This document shows positions 16,840 through 27,696 of a stretch of 64,000 bases of DNA, in pieces; position 1 is the stretch's first letter, and each line of letters opens with the position of its first letter. The notes below the pieces were generated by a model, which worked only from the letters and a program-made list of their open reading frames with translations, did not search any database and was not told where the DNA came from. Both the position numbers and the translations under genes were made by a program. The DNA lies in the NCBI GenBank assembly GCA_036733765.1, contig DAIMZW010000001.1, positions 32,239-96,238 of the forward strand. Direction: 5' to 3'. Source of the stretch: Steroidobacteraceae bacterium (GTDB lineage Bacteria; Pseudomonadota; Gammaproteobacteria; Steroidobacterales; Steroidobacteraceae).

Positions 16840-18174
16840 TTGAGCATCGAGGCAGTCATGGCCGAACCAATCAAGGTCGAATACGCACGCCGCCGCCGCG
16901 CGCTCATGCGCCTGATGGGCCGCGATGCCATCGCCATCGTGCCGTCGGCGCCGGTGCGGCAGCGGAACAATGATGTCGAGTACAACTACCGGCAGGGCAG
17001 CGATTTTTATTACCTGACCGGCTTCAGCGAGCCGGACGCGGTCGCGGTGCTGGTTCCGGGCCGGGAAGCGGCTGAGTACGTGCTGTTCGTGCGCGAGCGC
17101 AACCGCGAGCGGGAGATCTGGGACGGCAAGCGCGCCGGCCCTGACGGCGCCGTGGAACAGTACGGTGCCAATGATGCCTTTCCGATTACCGATATCGATG
17201 AGATCCTGCCCGGCATGCTTGAAAATCGCGAGCGCGTGTTCTACACCATGGGTCTGAACCAGGAATTCGATCAGCGCGTGGTCGGCTGGGTCAACACATT
17301 GCGTGCGCAGGCGCGCAGCGGGCTGCATCCGCCGCAGGAATTCGTGGCGCTCGATCACGCGTTGCATGACATGCGGCTGTTCAAGAGCCGCGGTGAGATC
17401 GCTCTCATGCGCCGTGCCGGCCAGATCGCGGCCGGCGCGCATGTGCGCGGCATGCGCTTCTGCCGTCCCGGGCGCATGGAATACGAGGTCATGGCCGAGT
17501 TGCTGCACGAGTTCAACCGGCACGGCGCGGATATCTCCTACCACCCGATCGTCGGTGGTGGCCCGAATTCCTGCGTCTTACACTACCGCGATAACAGCGC
17601 GCGCCTGAATGATGGCGATCTGCTGCTGGTCGACGCGGGCTGCGAATACGGCTACTACGCCTCCGATATCACGCGGACGTATCCAGTCAACGGCCGCTTC
17701 ACAACCGAACAGCGTGCCGTGTACGAAGTCGTGCTCGAGGCGCAGCAGGCTGCGATCGCCAAGGTCAAACCGGGCAATCACTGGAATGAGCCGCACGATG
17801 CGGCGGTGCGCGCCATTACGCAGGGGCTGGTGCGCATCGGACTGCTGCGCGGCTCGCTCGCGAGTCTGATCCGCACCGGTGCCTACAAGAAGTACTTCAT
17901 GCATCGCACCGGCCATTGGCTCGGCATGGACGTGCACGATGTCGGTGACTACAAGGTCGGCGACGAATGGCGCGTGTTCGAGCCCGGAATGGTGCTGACG
18001 GTCGAGCCCGGCATTTATGTCGCGGCCGGAGCCCGCGGCGTATCGCGACGCTTCTGGAACGTGGGCGTGCGCATCGAGGACGATGTCGTGGTCACGCGCG
18101 CCGGGTGCGAGGTGCTCACGAACGGCGCGCCAAAGACTCCTGATGAGATCGAAGCGCTGATGGCAGCCGCGTGA
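16840..18174 (+). CDS. pepP: Xaa-Pro aminopeptidase
   Basis: 444 aa M24B peptidase with the motifs DAGCEYGYYASDITRT, HGTGHWLGMDVHD and TVEPG. Confidence 0.9.
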   Translation: MSIEAVMAEPIKVEYARRRRALMRLMGRDAIAIVPSAPVRQRNNDVEYNYRQGSDFYYLTGFSEPDAVAVLVPGREAAEYVLFVRERNREREIWDGKRAGPDGAVEQYGANDAFPITDIDEILPGMLENRERVFYTMGLNQEFDQRVVGWVNTLRAQARSGLHPPQEFVALDHALHDMRLFKSRGEIALMRRAGQIAAGAHVRGMRFCRPGRMEYEVMAELLHEFNRHGADISYHPIVGGGPNSCVLHYRDNSARLNDGDLLLVDAGCEYGYYASDITRTYPVNGRFTTEQRAVYEVVLEAQQAAIAKVKPGNHWNEPHDAAVRAITQGLVRIGLLRGSLASLIRTGAYKKYFMHRTGHWLGMDVHDVGDYKVGDEWRVFEPGMVLTVEPGIYVAAGARGVSRRFWNVGVRIEDDVVVTRAGCEVLTNGAPKTPDEIEALMAAA

Positions 18175-18184
18175 GCGCGACCGC

Positions 18185-19405
18185 ATGAGCGAAACTGCCC
18201 ACTGCTGCGATGTCGCGATCGTCGGCGGTGGCATGGTCGGCGCGAGTCTTGCACTGGCATTGCAGGACACACCGCTGAAGGTCATGTTGATCGAGGCCGT
18301 CGAGCCCCAGAGTGCCGCCCAGCCGAGCTTCGATGATCGCACCACGGCGCTCGGCAACGGTGCGCGCCGCATCCTGCAAACCCTCGGGGTCTGGCCGCAG
18401 ATCGCGGCCGGCGCGGGCGCCATTCGCAGCATCCACGTCTCCGATGCGGGTCATTTCGGCTTCGCGCGGTTGCAAGCCAGCGAACATCAGCTGCAGGCCT
18501 TCGGCTATACGGTCAGCAACCGACACATCGGCGCGGTGCTGTGGCGCGCATTGCGCGAACGCGAGCGCGTCGAGCTCGCCAGTCCGGCGCGGGTGCTCGA
18601 GGTGCAGCTCGCCGCCGACGCGGCGCAATTGAAGATCGCCGACAGCTCCGGCGCGCAGCGCCTGGTACGGGCAGCACTGGTGGTGGCCGCCGATGGCGCG
18701 CAGTCGCTGGTCAAGCAAGCCGCCGGCATCGCCTCCAGCGATAACGATTACGAGCAGGTGGCCGTCGTGGCCAATATCAGCACTGACCGCGCCGCGCGCG
18801 GCATCGCCTACGAGCGCTTTGCCGAATCCGGTCCCATGGCACTGCTGCCGCTCGGCGAGGGCAGCTATACGATTGTCTGGACGCTTAGCCCCGATCGCGC
18901 CGCCGCCGTGCAGGAATGCAGCCCGGCGCAGTTCTGCGAGCAATTGCAGCGCGCTTTCGGCTGGCGCGCGGGCCGGATCCTCGAGGTCGGACGGCGCAGC
19001 GCCTATCGACTCGCGCTGGTGCGCGCGCTCGAGCACACGGGCGAGCGCGTGGCGCTGATCGGCAACGCCGCGCAAGCACTGCATCCGATCGCGGCGCAGG
19101 GATTCAATCTCGGGCTGCGCGATGCCGCGGTGCTGGCCGAGCTGATCGCGCCGGCGAGCGATCCCGGTGCGCCCCCGGTGCTCGCGCAGTTCGCCGCGCG
19201 GCGTGCGGCCGACCGGCGCGGCATGATCGCCTTCACCGACAATCTCGTGAAGCTGTTCGGCGATCGACGCCTTGCGGCGATCACGGCGCGCAACCTCGGA
19301 CTGCTGCTGTTCGATGTCAGTGCGCCGGCCAAGCGCGCGCTCTCGCGGCTGAGCTTCGGATTCGGCGGAGCGTTGCCGCGGCTCTCGCGCGGACTGCCGC
19401 TGTGA
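18185..19405 (+). CDS. ubiH: 2-octaprenyl-6-methoxyphenol hydroxylase (UbiH-type FAD monooxygenase)
   Basis: 406 aa with an N-terminal GGGMVG dinucleotide fold, a GNAAQALHPIAAQGFNLG motif and pepP-ubiH synteny. Confidence 0.9.
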   Translation: MSETAHCCDVAIVGGGMVGASLALALQDTPLKVMLIEAVEPQSAAQPSFDDRTTALGNGARRILQTLGVWPQIAAGAGAIRSIHVSDAGHFGFARLQASEHQLQAFGYTVSNRHIGAVLWRALRERERVELASPARVLEVQLAADAAQLKIADSSGAQRLVRAALVVAADGAQSLVKQAAGIASSDNDYEQVAVVANISTDRAARGIAYERFAESGPMALLPLGEGSYTIVWTLSPDRAAAVQECSPAQFCEQLQRAFGWRAGRILEVGRRSAYRLALVRALEHTGERVALIGNAAQALHPIAAQGFNLGLRDAAVLAELIAPASDPGAPPVLAQFAARRAADRRGMIAFTDNLVKLFGDRRLAAITARNLGLLLFDVSAPAKRALSRLSFGFGGALPRLSRGLPL

Positions 19406-20634
19406 GTGAGCATTTCGAGGTGGCCGTGGTCGGCGGCGGACTCGCCGGCGCCTGCGCGGCAGCGTTGTTGACCCGCCATGCGGGTATCGCTGCCAGCCGC
19501 ATCGCCCTGCTGGCCGCGCAGCTGCCCGCACCGGTGAGCCCCAACGCTGCGCCGGAACTGCGCGTGGCCGCGATCTCGCGCGCCAGCGAGCGCGTGCTGC
19601 GCGCGGCCGGCGCCTGGCAGCGCCTGGATGCGGCGCGCCTCTGCCCGTACGAGCGCATGCGCGTCTGGCATGAGTCCGCCGCGGTCGATAGTGAGGCCGC
19701 GCTGTGCTTCGATGCCGCGGATATCGGCGAGCCCAATCTCGGCGTTATCGCCGAGCTCAGCGCGCTGCAGCGCGCCTGCATCGATAGTTTCCGCGACGCC
19801 GGCGGCAGGCTGATCCACGCCCCGCTCGAACGCCTCGTGATAGGCCAGGATATCGTGCGACTGGAATGCGCCGGGGACGTGCTCCAGACCCGGGTCGTGG
19901 TCGGAGCCGACGGCGTGCATTCGGCGGTGCGCGAGGGCGCGGGCCTGTCGGTGCGTTCGCGCGACTATCGGCAGCTGGCCATCGTGGCCACGGTCGAGAC
20001 TCAACGACCGCACGAGCACACGGCCTGGCAGCGATTTATGCGCACCGGCCCGCTCGCGTTTCTGCCCTTGTTCGATGGCCGCAGTTCGATCGTCTGGTCG
20101 CTGGACTCACGCTGCGCGCAGGGCTTACTCGATTGCGACGAGCGCGAATTCAATGCGCGGCTCGATGCCGCCTCGGCGCTCGCGCTCGGGGCCACCAGGT
20201 TGGCCAGCGAACGGGCGAGCTTCCCGCTGCGCAGCGTCGCGGCGCATTCTTACGTCGGCGCGCGCTGTGCGCTGATCGGCGATGCCGCGCATGTGATTCA
20301 TCCGCTCGCGGGTCAGGGCGCCAACCTCGGTCTGCTGGATGCGGCGGCATTGTGCGAGGCGATTGCCGCGGCCCCCGCATTGCATGAGGATCCCGGCGCA
20401 CTGCGGGTGCTGCGCCGCTATGAGCAGCAGCGCCGCACGCACAATCTAGCCATGGACGCGGCCATGAGCCTATTTCAGAGCGGTTTCGCCGCCGCGCGCG
20501 GACCCGGGGCGTGGCTCGTCAACCGCGGCCTGACCCTGGTCAATCGCAGCAGCGCGCTCAAGCGCGCCTTTGCCCGACAGGCCCTCGGTACCGCCGGGGA
20601 GCTGCCGCGCCTGGCGCGCAGCGATGCGGCGTGA
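19402..20634 (+). CDS. ubiI: UbiH/UbiF/VisC/COQ6-family ubiquinone hydroxylase (UbiI/VisC-like)
   Basis: The GTG start overlaps the ubiH stop (GTGA). The sequence begins VSEHFEVAVVGGGLAG... and contains GDAAHVIHPLAGQGANLG. The 572-aa track ORF (18916..) is an artefactual upstream extension across ubiH. Confidence 0.8.
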   Translation: MSEHFEVAVVGGGLAGACAAALLTRHAGIAASRIALLAAQLPAPVSPNAAPELRVAAISRASERVLRAAGAWQRLDAARLCPYERMRVWHESAAVDSEAALCFDAADIGEPNLGVIAELSALQRACIDSFRDAGGRLIHAPLERLVIGQDIVRLECAGDVLQTRVVVGADGVHSAVREGAGLSVRSRDYRQLAIVATVETQRPHEHTAWQRFMRTGPLAFLPLFDGRSSIVWSLDSRCAQGLLDCDEREFNARLDAASALALGATRLASERASFPLRSVAAHSYVGARCALIGDAAHVIHPLAGQGANLGLLDAAALCEAIAAAPALHEDPGALRVLRRYEQQRRTHNLAMDAAMSLFQSGFAAARGPGAWLVNRGLTLVNRSSALKRAFARQALGTAGELPRLARSDAA

Positions 20635-20654
20635 TGCGGCTCTAGCGGGTTGGT

Positions 20655-21905
20655 TCATGATTGCAGCCTGCGCGGGTAGGTCCGCGCGATGTACTGTTCC
20701 ACCAGTTCCTGGAATTCCTCGGCGATGCGCTCGCCCTTGAGCGTGACGGTCTTGGCTCCGTCCTCGTACACCGGCGCCACGGGGCGCTCGCCGGTGCCGG
20801 GCAGGCTGATGCCGATGTTCGCGTGCTTGCTCTCGCCCGGCCCATTGACCACGCAGCCCATGACGGCGACGGTCATGGTCTCGACGTCCCTATAGGCGGT
20901 GCGCCATTCCGGCATGCGCTCGCGCAGGTGGCGCTGAATGCTCTCGGCGAGGGTCTGGAAATAGGTACTCGTGGTGCGGCCGCAGCCGGGGCAGGCGGTC
21001 ACGAGCGGGGTAAAGGAGCGCAGGCCCATGGTCTGCAGCAGCTCCTGCGCGACGATGACTTCACGGCTGCGATCGCCGCCGGGCTCGGGCGTCAACGACA
21101 CGCGAATGGTATCGCCGATGCCCTGCTGCAGCAGGATGCCCATGGCCGCCGAGGAGGCGACGATGCCCTTGGAACCCATGCCGGCCTCGGTCAGTCCCAG
21201 ATGCAATGCGAAATCGCAGCGCGCCGCGAGCTCGCCGTAGACGGCGATCAGGTCCTGGACCGCGCTGACTTTGGCCGACAGCACGATACGCTCGCGCGGC
21301 ATGCCGAGCTCAACGGCGCGCTCGGCGCTCTCGAGCGCGGAGCGCACGATCGCCTCGCGCATGACCTCCTGTGCTGACTTGGGCTGCGCTGCGCGGCTGT
21401 TATCGTCCATGAGCCGCAGCAGCAGATCCTGATCGAGGCTGCCCCAATTCACGCCGATGCGGACCGGCTTGCCATTGGCGCAGGCGATCTCAATCATCTC
21501 GGCGAACTGCGTATCGCGCTTGGATCCGCGGCCGACGTTGCCGGGATTGATGCGGTATTTGGCCAGCGCGGCGGCGCAGCCAGGATGCTCCTGCAGCAGC
21601 TTGTGGCCGTTGAAATGGAAATCACCGATCAATGGCACGGCGCAGCCGAGCGCATCGAGCCGATTGCGGATGTGCGGGACCGCGGCGGCGGCCTCGGCGG
21701 TATTGACCGTGATGCGCACCAGCTCCGAGCCCGCGGCCGCGAGCTGCGCGCACTGGCTCGCGGTCCCCGCGATGTCGGCGGTGTCAGTATTGGTCATCGA
21801 CTGCACCACGATCGGGGCGCTGCCGCCGATCGTGACGCGGCCGACCTGCACGGCGCGGCTGAAGTGGCGCTTAAGTCCCATGGGGCTATTGTAGTGCAGC
21901 GGCAA
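20655..21905 (-). CDS. ispG: 4-hydroxy-3-methylbut-2-en-1-yl diphosphate synthase
   Basis: 416 aa with [11 protein letters not shown] and the Cys ligands ACPGCGRT. The start might instead be the internal Met at 21881. Confidence 0.95.
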   Translation of the reverse strand: MPLHYNSPMGLKRHFSRAVQVGRVTIGGSAPIVVQSMTNTDTADIAGTASQCAQLAAAGSELVRITVNTAEAAAAVPHIRNRLDALGCAVPLIGDFHFNGHKLLQEHPGCAAALAKYRINPGNVGRGSKRDTQFAEMIEIACANGKPVRIGVNWGSLDQDLLLRLMDDNSRAAQPKSAQEVMREAIVRSALESAERAVELGMPRERIVLSAKVSAVQDLIAVYGELAARCDFALHLGLTEAGMGSKGIVASSAAMGILLQQGIGDTIRVSLTPEPGGDRSREVIVAQELLQTMGLRSFTPLVTACPGCGRTTSTYFQTLAESIQRHLRERMPEWRTAYRDVETMTVAVMGCVVNGPGESKHANIGISLPGTGERPVAPVYEDGAKTVTLKGERIAEEFQELVEQYIARTYPRRLQS

Positions 21906-21963
21906 ACCGGTGTGGGAAAGCGCCGCGCGCTGCTATCATTCCCGATTGGATCTGGAGAGGTGG

Positions 21964-23058
21964 TTGGGAAGGCACACCTGTTTATTTGATTTGCACGTGG
22001 CGCTCGGGGCGCGGATGGTCGACTTTGGCGGCTGGGATATGCCAGTTGCCTACGGCTCGCAGATCGAGGAACACCATGCGGTGCGGCGCGGCGCCGGCGT
22101 GTTCGACGTTTCCCACATGTGCATCGTCGATCTGCGCGGCGCGCGCAGCCGTGAGCTGCTGCGTGGCCTGCTGGCCAACGACGTCGCGCGCCTGAACGTG
22201 CCGGGCAAGGCACTCTACAGCTGCATGCTCAACGATCGCGGCGGGGTCCTCGATGACCTGATCGTTTATTACCTCGACGATGATTTCTTTCGTGTAGTGG
22301 TCAACGCCGGCACGCGCGATAAGGATCTGGCCTGGATCGGCGCGCAGGCTGAAGCCGTCGAGGTGCAGCTGCTCGAGCGCCGCGATCTGGCCATGCTGGC
22401 GATCCAGGGGCCGCAGGCGCGCGAGCGCAGCGCGGCGCTGCTGACCGCCGAGGCGGCCTGGGCGGTGCTGGAGCTGCAGCCTTTCTTCGGCGTGCAGATC
22501 GGCGAGTGGTTCGTCGCGCGCACCGGTTACACCGGCGAGGACGGCTTCGAGATCATGCTGCCGACTGCTGAAGCCGTGTCCGTGTGGCAGCGGCTCAATG
22601 CCGCCGGCGTACACTCCTGCGGCCTCGGCGCGCGCGACACGCTGCGGCTGGAGGCGGGCATGAATCTGTACGGCAACGATATGAACGAGCAGACCAATCC
22701 GCTGGAGTCGGGGCTCGCATGGACCGTGGCCTTCGACCCCACCGATCGCAACTTCGTCGGTCGCGCGGCGCTCGAGGCCATCCGCGCGCGCGGCGCTGAG
22801 CATAAGCTGGTCGGCCTGGTGCTTGATGAGCGCGCCGTGCTGCGCAGCCACCAGCGTGTGCTGATCCCCAGCGTGGGGGAGGGCGAAGTCACCAGCGGCA
22901 CGTTCTCGCCGACGCTGGAGCGCTCGATCGGTCTGGCGCGCGTGCCTGTGGGTACCTACGCGTCGGTGCAGGTTGAGGTGCGCGGTCGGCCGCTGCCCGC
23001 GCGGGTCGTGCGAGTACCGTTTGTCCGCCATGGCAAAGCATTGATTTCGTTAGTTTGA
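21964..23058 (+). CDS. gcvT: Glycine cleavage system aminomethyltransferase T
   Basis: The GcvT sequence starts at (M)[28 protein letters not shown] chose the TTG at 21964, which is preceded by GGAGAGG. The track ORF starts at the GTG at 21910. Confidence 0.9.
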   Translation: MGRHTCLFDLHVALGARMVDFGGWDMPVAYGSQIEEHHAVRRGAGVFDVSHMCIVDLRGARSRELLRGLLANDVARLNVPGKALYSCMLNDRGGVLDDLIVYYLDDDFFRVVVNAGTRDKDLAWIGAQAEAVEVQLLERRDLAMLAIQGPQARERSAALLTAEAAWAVLELQPFFGVQIGEWFVARTGYTGEDGFEIMLPTAEAVSVWQRLNAAGVHSCGLGARDTLRLEAGMNLYGNDMNEQTNPLESGLAWTVAFDPTDRNFVGRAALEAIRARGAEHKLVGLVLDERAVLRSHQRVLIPSVGEGEVTSGTFSPTLERSIGLARVPVGTYASVQVEVRGRPLPARVVRVPFVRHGKALISLV

Positions 23059-23077
23059 CGAGCTGCAAGGAGTGGCG

Positions 23078-23473
23078 ATGAGTGATATCCCGTCGGAACT
23101 GAAATTCGCCCGCAGCCACGAATGGCTCAAGCAGCTGCCCGACGGGATTGCCGAGATCGGCATCAGCGATCACGCGCAGCATGCGCTCGGTGATCTGGTG
23201 TTCGTCGAGCTGCCTGAGATCGGCCGCAGCCTCAACGTAGGGGAGACCTGCGCCGTGGTGGAGTCGGTCAAGGCCGCCTCCGATGTCTACACGCCGGTGG
23301 CCGGCACGGTGGTGGCGGTCAACGATCAGTTGCGCCATACGCCGGAGTTGATCAACCGCGACCCGTATGGCGGCGGCTGGCTGCTGCGGCTGCGGCTGCG
23401 GCCCGGGGGCCTGGGCGCCGAGACCGGCCTCATGTCCGCCAGCGAGTATGGCGTGCTGGCCATGCAGGACTGA
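23078..23473 (+). CDS. gcvH: Glycine cleavage system H protein
   Basis: It carries the lipoyl-lysine motif ESVKAASD. The start is the ATG at 23078; the GTG at 23072 is also possible. Confidence 0.95.
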   Translation: MSDIPSELKFARSHEWLKQLPDGIAEIGISDHAQHALGDLVFVELPEIGRSLNVGETCAVVESVKAASDVYTPVAGTVVAVNDQLRHTPELINRDPYGGGWLLRLRLRPGGLGAETGLMSASEYGVLAMQD

Positions 23474-23480
23474 GTTCGTC

Positions 23481-24854
23481 ATGCCCTTTATTCCGCACAC
23501 CGAGCAGGATGTCCGCGAAATGCTCGCGGCAATCGGTGCGCCAAGCATCGAGGCGTTGTTCGATGAGATTCCATCCAGCTTGCGCGTGTCCTGCCTGCCC
23601 GATGTGCCGGCCGGCCTCAGCGAGCTCGAGGTCATGCAGCTCATGTCCGCGCGCGCGCGCCAGGACGGGCAGCCGCGGTGCTTCATCGGCGCCGGCGCCT
23701 ACGAGCACCACATTCCGGCGGCCGTGTGGTCTACCGTCACGCGGGGGGAGTTCTATAGCGCCTATACGCCCTATCAGGCTGAAGCCAGCCAGGGCACGCT
23801 GCAGACGATCTACGAGTACCAGACCATGATCGCGAGCCTGACCGGAATGGAAGTCAGCAACGCCTCGCTCTATGACGGGGCGAGCGCGGTGGCCGAGGCG
23901 GTGCTGATGGCGGTGCGCGCCAACCGGCGTTCCAAGGCCGCGCGCATCCTGATGCCGCGCACTGTGCATCCGCACTATCGCGCGGTGGCGCTCGCGACCG
24001 CCGGTAACCAGGGCGTGAAATTCGAGGATCTGCCCTACGAGCGCGGCATGGGGCACACCCCGCCCGAGGCCCTGGCGCCGTTCGCCGGCCAGGACTTCAC
24101 GGCACTCGTTATCGCCCAGCCGAACTTTTTCGGCGTGTTCGAAGACGTCGATGCGCTGACCGACTTTGCCCATGCGCACGGCGCGCTGGTGATTGCCGTG
24201 GTCAATCCGACCTCGCTCGCGCTGCTCAAGCCGCCCGGTCAATGGGGTCAGAAGGGTGCGAACATCGTGGTCGGCGAGGGCCAGCCGCTCGGCTGCCCGC
24301 TGTCCTCGGGTGGTCCCTACTTTGGTTTCATGAGCACGCGCCTGGAACACGTGCGACAGATGCCGGGACGCGTCGTCGGCCGCACGGTGGACCTCGACGG
24401 CCGGCCCGGCTTCACCCTCACGCTGCAGGCGCGCGAGCAGCACATCCGCCGCGCCAAAGCGACCTCGAATATCTGTACCAACCAGGGCCTGCTCATGATG
24501 GCGGGCACGGTGTATCTCTCGCTGATGGGCGCCGAGGGACTCGAGCGCGTCGCGACGCTGTCGATGACGCGCACCGAGGAGCTCGCGCGCGCGCTCACAG
24601 CGATCCCCGGCGTGCGACGCGTGTTCGCGCGCGCGGGCTTTCACGAGTGCGTACTGACGCTCGATCGGCCCGTGGCGCCTGTGCTCACGGCGCTCAGCGC
24701 GCGCGGCATCGAGGGCGGTCTCGATCTCATCGACTATTACCCGGAGCTCGGCCCCGCGCTGCTGCTGTGCGCGACCGAGACCAAGACCACGGCGGATATC
24801 GACAGCTACGCTCGAACCTTGTCCGAAGTGTTGCGCACGGCGCGCGCGGCCTGA
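23481..24854 (+). CDS. gcvPA: Glycine dehydrogenase (decarboxylating) subunit 1
   Basis: It starts [15 protein letters not shown] and is typical GcvPA along its whole length. The track ORF (23367..) is over-extended. Confidence 0.95.
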   Translation: MPFIPHTEQDVREMLAAIGAPSIEALFDEIPSSLRVSCLPDVPAGLSELEVMQLMSARARQDGQPRCFIGAGAYEHHIPAAVWSTVTRGEFYSAYTPYQAEASQGTLQTIYEYQTMIASLTGMEVSNASLYDGASAVAEAVLMAVRANRRSKAARILMPRTVHPHYRAVALATAGNQGVKFEDLPYERGMGHTPPEALAPFAGQDFTALVIAQPNFFGVFEDVDALTDFAHAHGALVIAVVNPTSLALLKPPGQWGQKGANIVVGEGQPLGCPLSSGGPYFGFMSTRLEHVRQMPGRVVGRTVDLDGRPGFTLTLQAREQHIRRAKATSNICTNQGLLMMAGTVYLSLMGAEGLERVATLSMTRTEELARALTAIPGVRRVFARAGFHECVLTLDRPVAPVLTALSARGIEGGLDLIDYYPELGPALLLCATETKTTADIDSYARTLSEVLRTARAA

Positions 24855-24859
24855 CGAAC

Positions 24860-26338
24860 ATGAGTTTGCCGATGCGCGAGAAGCTGATCTTTCAGTATTC
24901 AAAGCCCGGTCGCGGCGCGCGCGCGCAATGGCCCGCTGCCGCTGCCGGCGCGCCGGCGGTGCCCGCCGCGTTGCGGCGAGCGCAGCGGCCGCTGCTGCCC
25001 GAGGTCAGCGAGCTGGATGTGGTGCGCCACTACACGCGTCTGTCGCAGCTGAATTTCTCGATCGACACGCACTTCTATCCGCTCGGCTCGTGCACCATGA
25101 AGTACAACCCCAAGGCCTGCAACGCCGCGGCGTTGCTGCCGGAGTTCGCGGGTCGACATCCGCTCTCGAGCGTCACCCGGGGACAGGGATTTCTGGCCTG
25201 CATGTACGAACTGCAGGAGATGCTCAAGGCGGTGACCGGCATGCGCGCCGTGGCGTTGAGTCCGCTGGCCGGTGCGCACGGGGAGTTCGCCGGCGTGGCG
25301 ATGATCCGCGCCTATCACCGCGCACGCGGCGATCTGGAGCGCAACGAGATCATCGTGCCGCAAGCCGCGCACGGCACCAATCCGGCCACGGCGAGCATGT
25401 GTGGTTGCATCGCGCGCGAAGTCGCGGTGGGCCCGGACGGCGATGTGGATCTCGCCGGGCTGCGCGCGGCCGTGGGACCGAAGACCGCGGGCATCATGCT
25501 GACCAACCCTTCCACGCTCGGGGTGTTCGAGCGGCGCATCGAGGAGGTCGCGCGCATCGTGCACGACGGCGGTGGGCTGCTGTATTACGACGGCGCCAAC
25601 CTCAATGCAATCCTCGGCAAAGTGCGCCCTGGTGACATGGCGTTCGATGCCATCCATATGAACCTGCATAAGACCTTCTCGACGCCGCATGGCGGCGGCG
25701 GTCCGGGTGCCGGTGCCGTGGGCGTGTCGGCGCGACTGCAGCCATTCCTGCCATTGCCGATCGTGGCGCGCGAGGACGGTGCGCAGTACCGCTGGCTCAT
25801 TGAGCGCGATCTGCCGCAATCGATCGGCCGGCTCGCGAGCTTCGCGGGCAATGCCGGCGTGCTGCTGCGCGCCTACGTCTACATGCGCATGCTCGGCCGC
25901 GAGGGCATGCAGCGCGTCGGCGAATACGCGACGCTGAACGCGAACTACCTCGCGGCGCGGCTAACGCAGCTGGGCTTCGATGCGGCCTACCCGCAGCGCC
26001 GCGCGAGCCACGAATTCATCCTGACGCTCAAGCGGCAGGCCCAGGAGTATGGCGTCACGGCCATGGATGTGGCCAAGCGACTGCTCGATCTTGGCTTCCA
26101 TGCGCCCACGACGTATTTCCCGCTGTTGATCAGCGAGTGCCTGCTGATCGAGCCGACCGAGACCGAAAGCAAGGAGACGCTCGATGCCTTCGTGGCGGCA
26201 ATGGCGCAGATCCTGCGCGAGGCACGGGAGGAGCCCGAGCAATTGCAACGGGCACCGCACACCTTGCCCGTGCGCCGACTGGATGACGTGCGCGCGGCAC
26301 GTGAGCTCGACCTGACCTACAAGAGCGCCGCCGGCTGA
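24860..26338 (+). CDS. gcvPB: Glycine dehydrogenase (decarboxylating) subunit 2
   Basis: It starts MSLPMREKLIFQYSKPG and has the PLP-lysine region NLHKTFSTPHGGGGPG. The 698-aa track ORF includes a spurious N-terminal extension across gcvPA. Confidence 0.95.
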   Translation: MSLPMREKLIFQYSKPGRGARAQWPAAAAGAPAVPAALRRAQRPLLPEVSELDVVRHYTRLSQLNFSIDTHFYPLGSCTMKYNPKACNAAALLPEFAGRHPLSSVTRGQGFLACMYELQEMLKAVTGMRAVALSPLAGAHGEFAGVAMIRAYHRARGDLERNEIIVPQAAHGTNPATASMCGCIAREVAVGPDGDVDLAGLRAAVGPKTAGIMLTNPSTLGVFERRIEEVARIVHDGGGLLYYDGANLNAILGKVRPGDMAFDAIHMNLHKTFSTPHGGGGPGAGAVGVSARLQPFLPLPIVAREDGAQYRWLIERDLPQSIGRLASFAGNAGVLLRAYVYMRMLGREGMQRVGEYATLNANYLAARLTQLGFDAAYPQRRASHEFILTLKRQAQEYGVTAMDVAKRLLDLGFHAPTTYFPLLISECLLIEPTETESKETLDAFVAAMAQILREAREEPEQLQRAPHTLPVRRLDDVRAARELDLTYKSAAG

Positions 26339-26703
26339 TGCGGCGCCAAAAGATCCAGGGGGTCGACCGCCTGCTGCGGGCATTCGGCTCGAGCGGCAAA
26401 GGCTTTGCGGGCGCCTTCCGCGAGGAAGCGGCATTTCGCCAGGAGCTCATGTTCGCCGGTATGGCATTGCCGCTGGCGCTGTGGCTGGGCCGCAGCGGCG
26501 TCGAGCGCGCGCTGCTGGCCGGGCCGGTGCTGCTGATCCTGATCGTCGAGCTGCTCAACAGCGCCATCGAGGCGACGGTGGACCGCATCGGCATGGAACG
26601 GCATGTGCTCGCCGGGCTCGCCAAGGACATCGGCTCGGCGGCGGTCATGCTGTCGTTCATCCTGCTCGGCGTGGTCTGGCTGCTGGTGCTCTCGGCTCGA
26701 TGA
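26338..26703 (+). CDS. dgkA: Diacylglycerol kinase
   Basis: 121 aa, 3-TM DgkA with the ELLNSAIEATVDRIG motif. Its ATG overlaps the gcvPB TGA by 1 nt (TGATG). Confidence 0.9.
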   Translation: MRRQKIQGVDRLLRAFGSSGKGFAGAFREEAAFRQELMFAGMALPLALWLGRSGVERALLAGPVLLILIVELLNSAIEATVDRIGMERHVLAGLAKDIGSAAVMLSFILLGVVWLLVLSAR

Positions 26704-26715
26704 AGCGCACACTGG

Positions 26716-26746
26716 TTCTCTCTTAGCTACTGCTTCTCTCTTAGCT
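26716..26746. repeat. 13-bp direct repeat TTCTCTCTTAGCT x2, separated by 5 bp, in the dgkA-kinase intergenic region
   Basis: Copies at 26716-26728 and 26734-26746, read directly from the sequence. The patch is AT-richer and may be an operator or promoter element. Confidence 0.6.
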
Positions 26747-26763
26747 GAAGGACTCCTAATCCG

Positions 26764-27696
26764 ATGACGGCGCTGATCTGCGGCTCAATGGCCTATGACA
26801 CGGTCATGATGTTTGAGGGACGGTTTCGCGACCACATCCTGCCCGATAAACTGCACGTGCTGAATGTGTCGTTCCTGACGCCCGCGATGCGGCGCAACTT
26901 CGGCGGCTGCGCGGGCAATATCGCCTTCAACCTGAAGTTGCTCGGCGGCGAAGGGCTGATCATGGCCACCGTGGGGCATGACTTCGCGCCCTATGCCGAA
27001 TGGCTCGAGCGCTGCGGCCTGCCGCGCACGCACGTGCGCACGGTGCCTGCTGAGTTCACGGCGCAGGCCTACATCACCACCGATCTCGAGAACAACCAAA
27101 TCACCGCCTTTCACCCGGGTGCGATGAACCATTCGCATCTGAACCGGGTCAGTGATAGCAACGCAGTGAAACTCGGCATCGTCGCGCCCGATGGGCGGGC
27201 CGGCATGCTCGAGCATGCCGAGCAGTTCGCGGCTGCGGGACTGCCGTTCATCTTCGATCCGGGTCAGGGCCTGCCCATGTTCGGCGGCGAGGAACTGCGC
27301 AGCTTTATCGAGCGCGCAGCCTGGGTCGCGGTGAACGACTACGAGGCCAGTCTGCTCTCGGAGCGCACTGGCTGGTCGCTCGAGCAGATCGCGGCGCAGG
27401 TGCGGGCCCTGATCGTCACGCGCGGCGCTGAGGGCTCGTGGATCTTCGCCGGGCGCGAACGCCTGGAGATTCCGATCGCGGCCGCGGCGCGCGTGGCCGA
27501 TCCGACCGGCTGCGGGGATGCCTATCGCGCCGGGCTGCTGTTCGGCCTCGAGCGCGGGCTCGACTGGGCCACGACCGGGCGCATCGCTGCGCTGCTGGCG
27601 TCGATCAAGATCGAAGCGCACGGTACGCAGCAGCATCGCTGCAGTCCGGATGAATTCAAGCAGCGCTTTCGTGCGGCCTTTGGATATGCACTATGA
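26764..27696 (+). CDS. PfkB-family carbohydrate/nucleoside kinase
   Basis: 310 aa with the C-terminal PfkB signature DPTGCGDAYRAG. The substrate cannot be determined from the sequence. Confidence 0.8.
   Translation: MTALICGSMAYDTVMMFEGRFRDHILPDKLHVLNVSFLTPAMRRNFGGCAGNIAFNLKLLGGEGLIMATVGHDFAPYAEWLERCGLPRTHVRTVPAEFTAQAYITTDLENNQITAFHPGAMNHSHLNRVSDSNAVKLGIVAPDGRAGMLEHAEQFAAAGLPFIFDPGQGLPMFGGEELRSFIERAAWVAVNDYEASLLSERTGWSLEQIAAQVRALIVTRGAEGSWIFAGRERLEIPIAAAARVADPTGCGDAYRAGLLFGLERGLDWATTGRIAALLASIKIEAHGTQQHRCSPDEFKQRFRAAFGYAL

Noticed and set aside
18916-19401. Upstream 160 codons of the 572-aa track ORF, which might suggest a fused or extended UbiI
   Set aside because: This part overlaps ubiH in another frame and is Arg/Ala-rich. 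The conserved FAD-binding N-terminus (VSEHFEVAVVGGGLAG) begins at the GTG at 19402, which overlaps the ubiH stop.
18116-19531. 471-aa ORF antisense to ubiH/ubiI. The same applies to similar long antisense or out-of-frame ORFs, for example 19003..20019, 21982..23031, 28485..29525, 30602..31618 and 35346..36311.
   Set aside because: The translations are Arg/Ala/Pro/Gly-rich with no recognisable motifs. They lie opposite genes with unmistakable homology. Long open antisense frames are expected in GC-rich DNA because stop codons are AT-rich.
21882-21963. Possible glycine riboswitch upstream of gcvT
   Set aside because: The space between the divergent ispG start and the gcvT start is at most about 60-80 nt, too short for even a single glycine aptamer. 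I see no recognisable conserved core. A covariance-model scan would settle it.
23430-24902. 490-aa ORF antisense to gcvPA
   Set aside because: The same reasoning applies. The plus-strand frame encodes a full-length, motif-bearing GcvPA, while the antisense product is low-complexity and Arg-rich.
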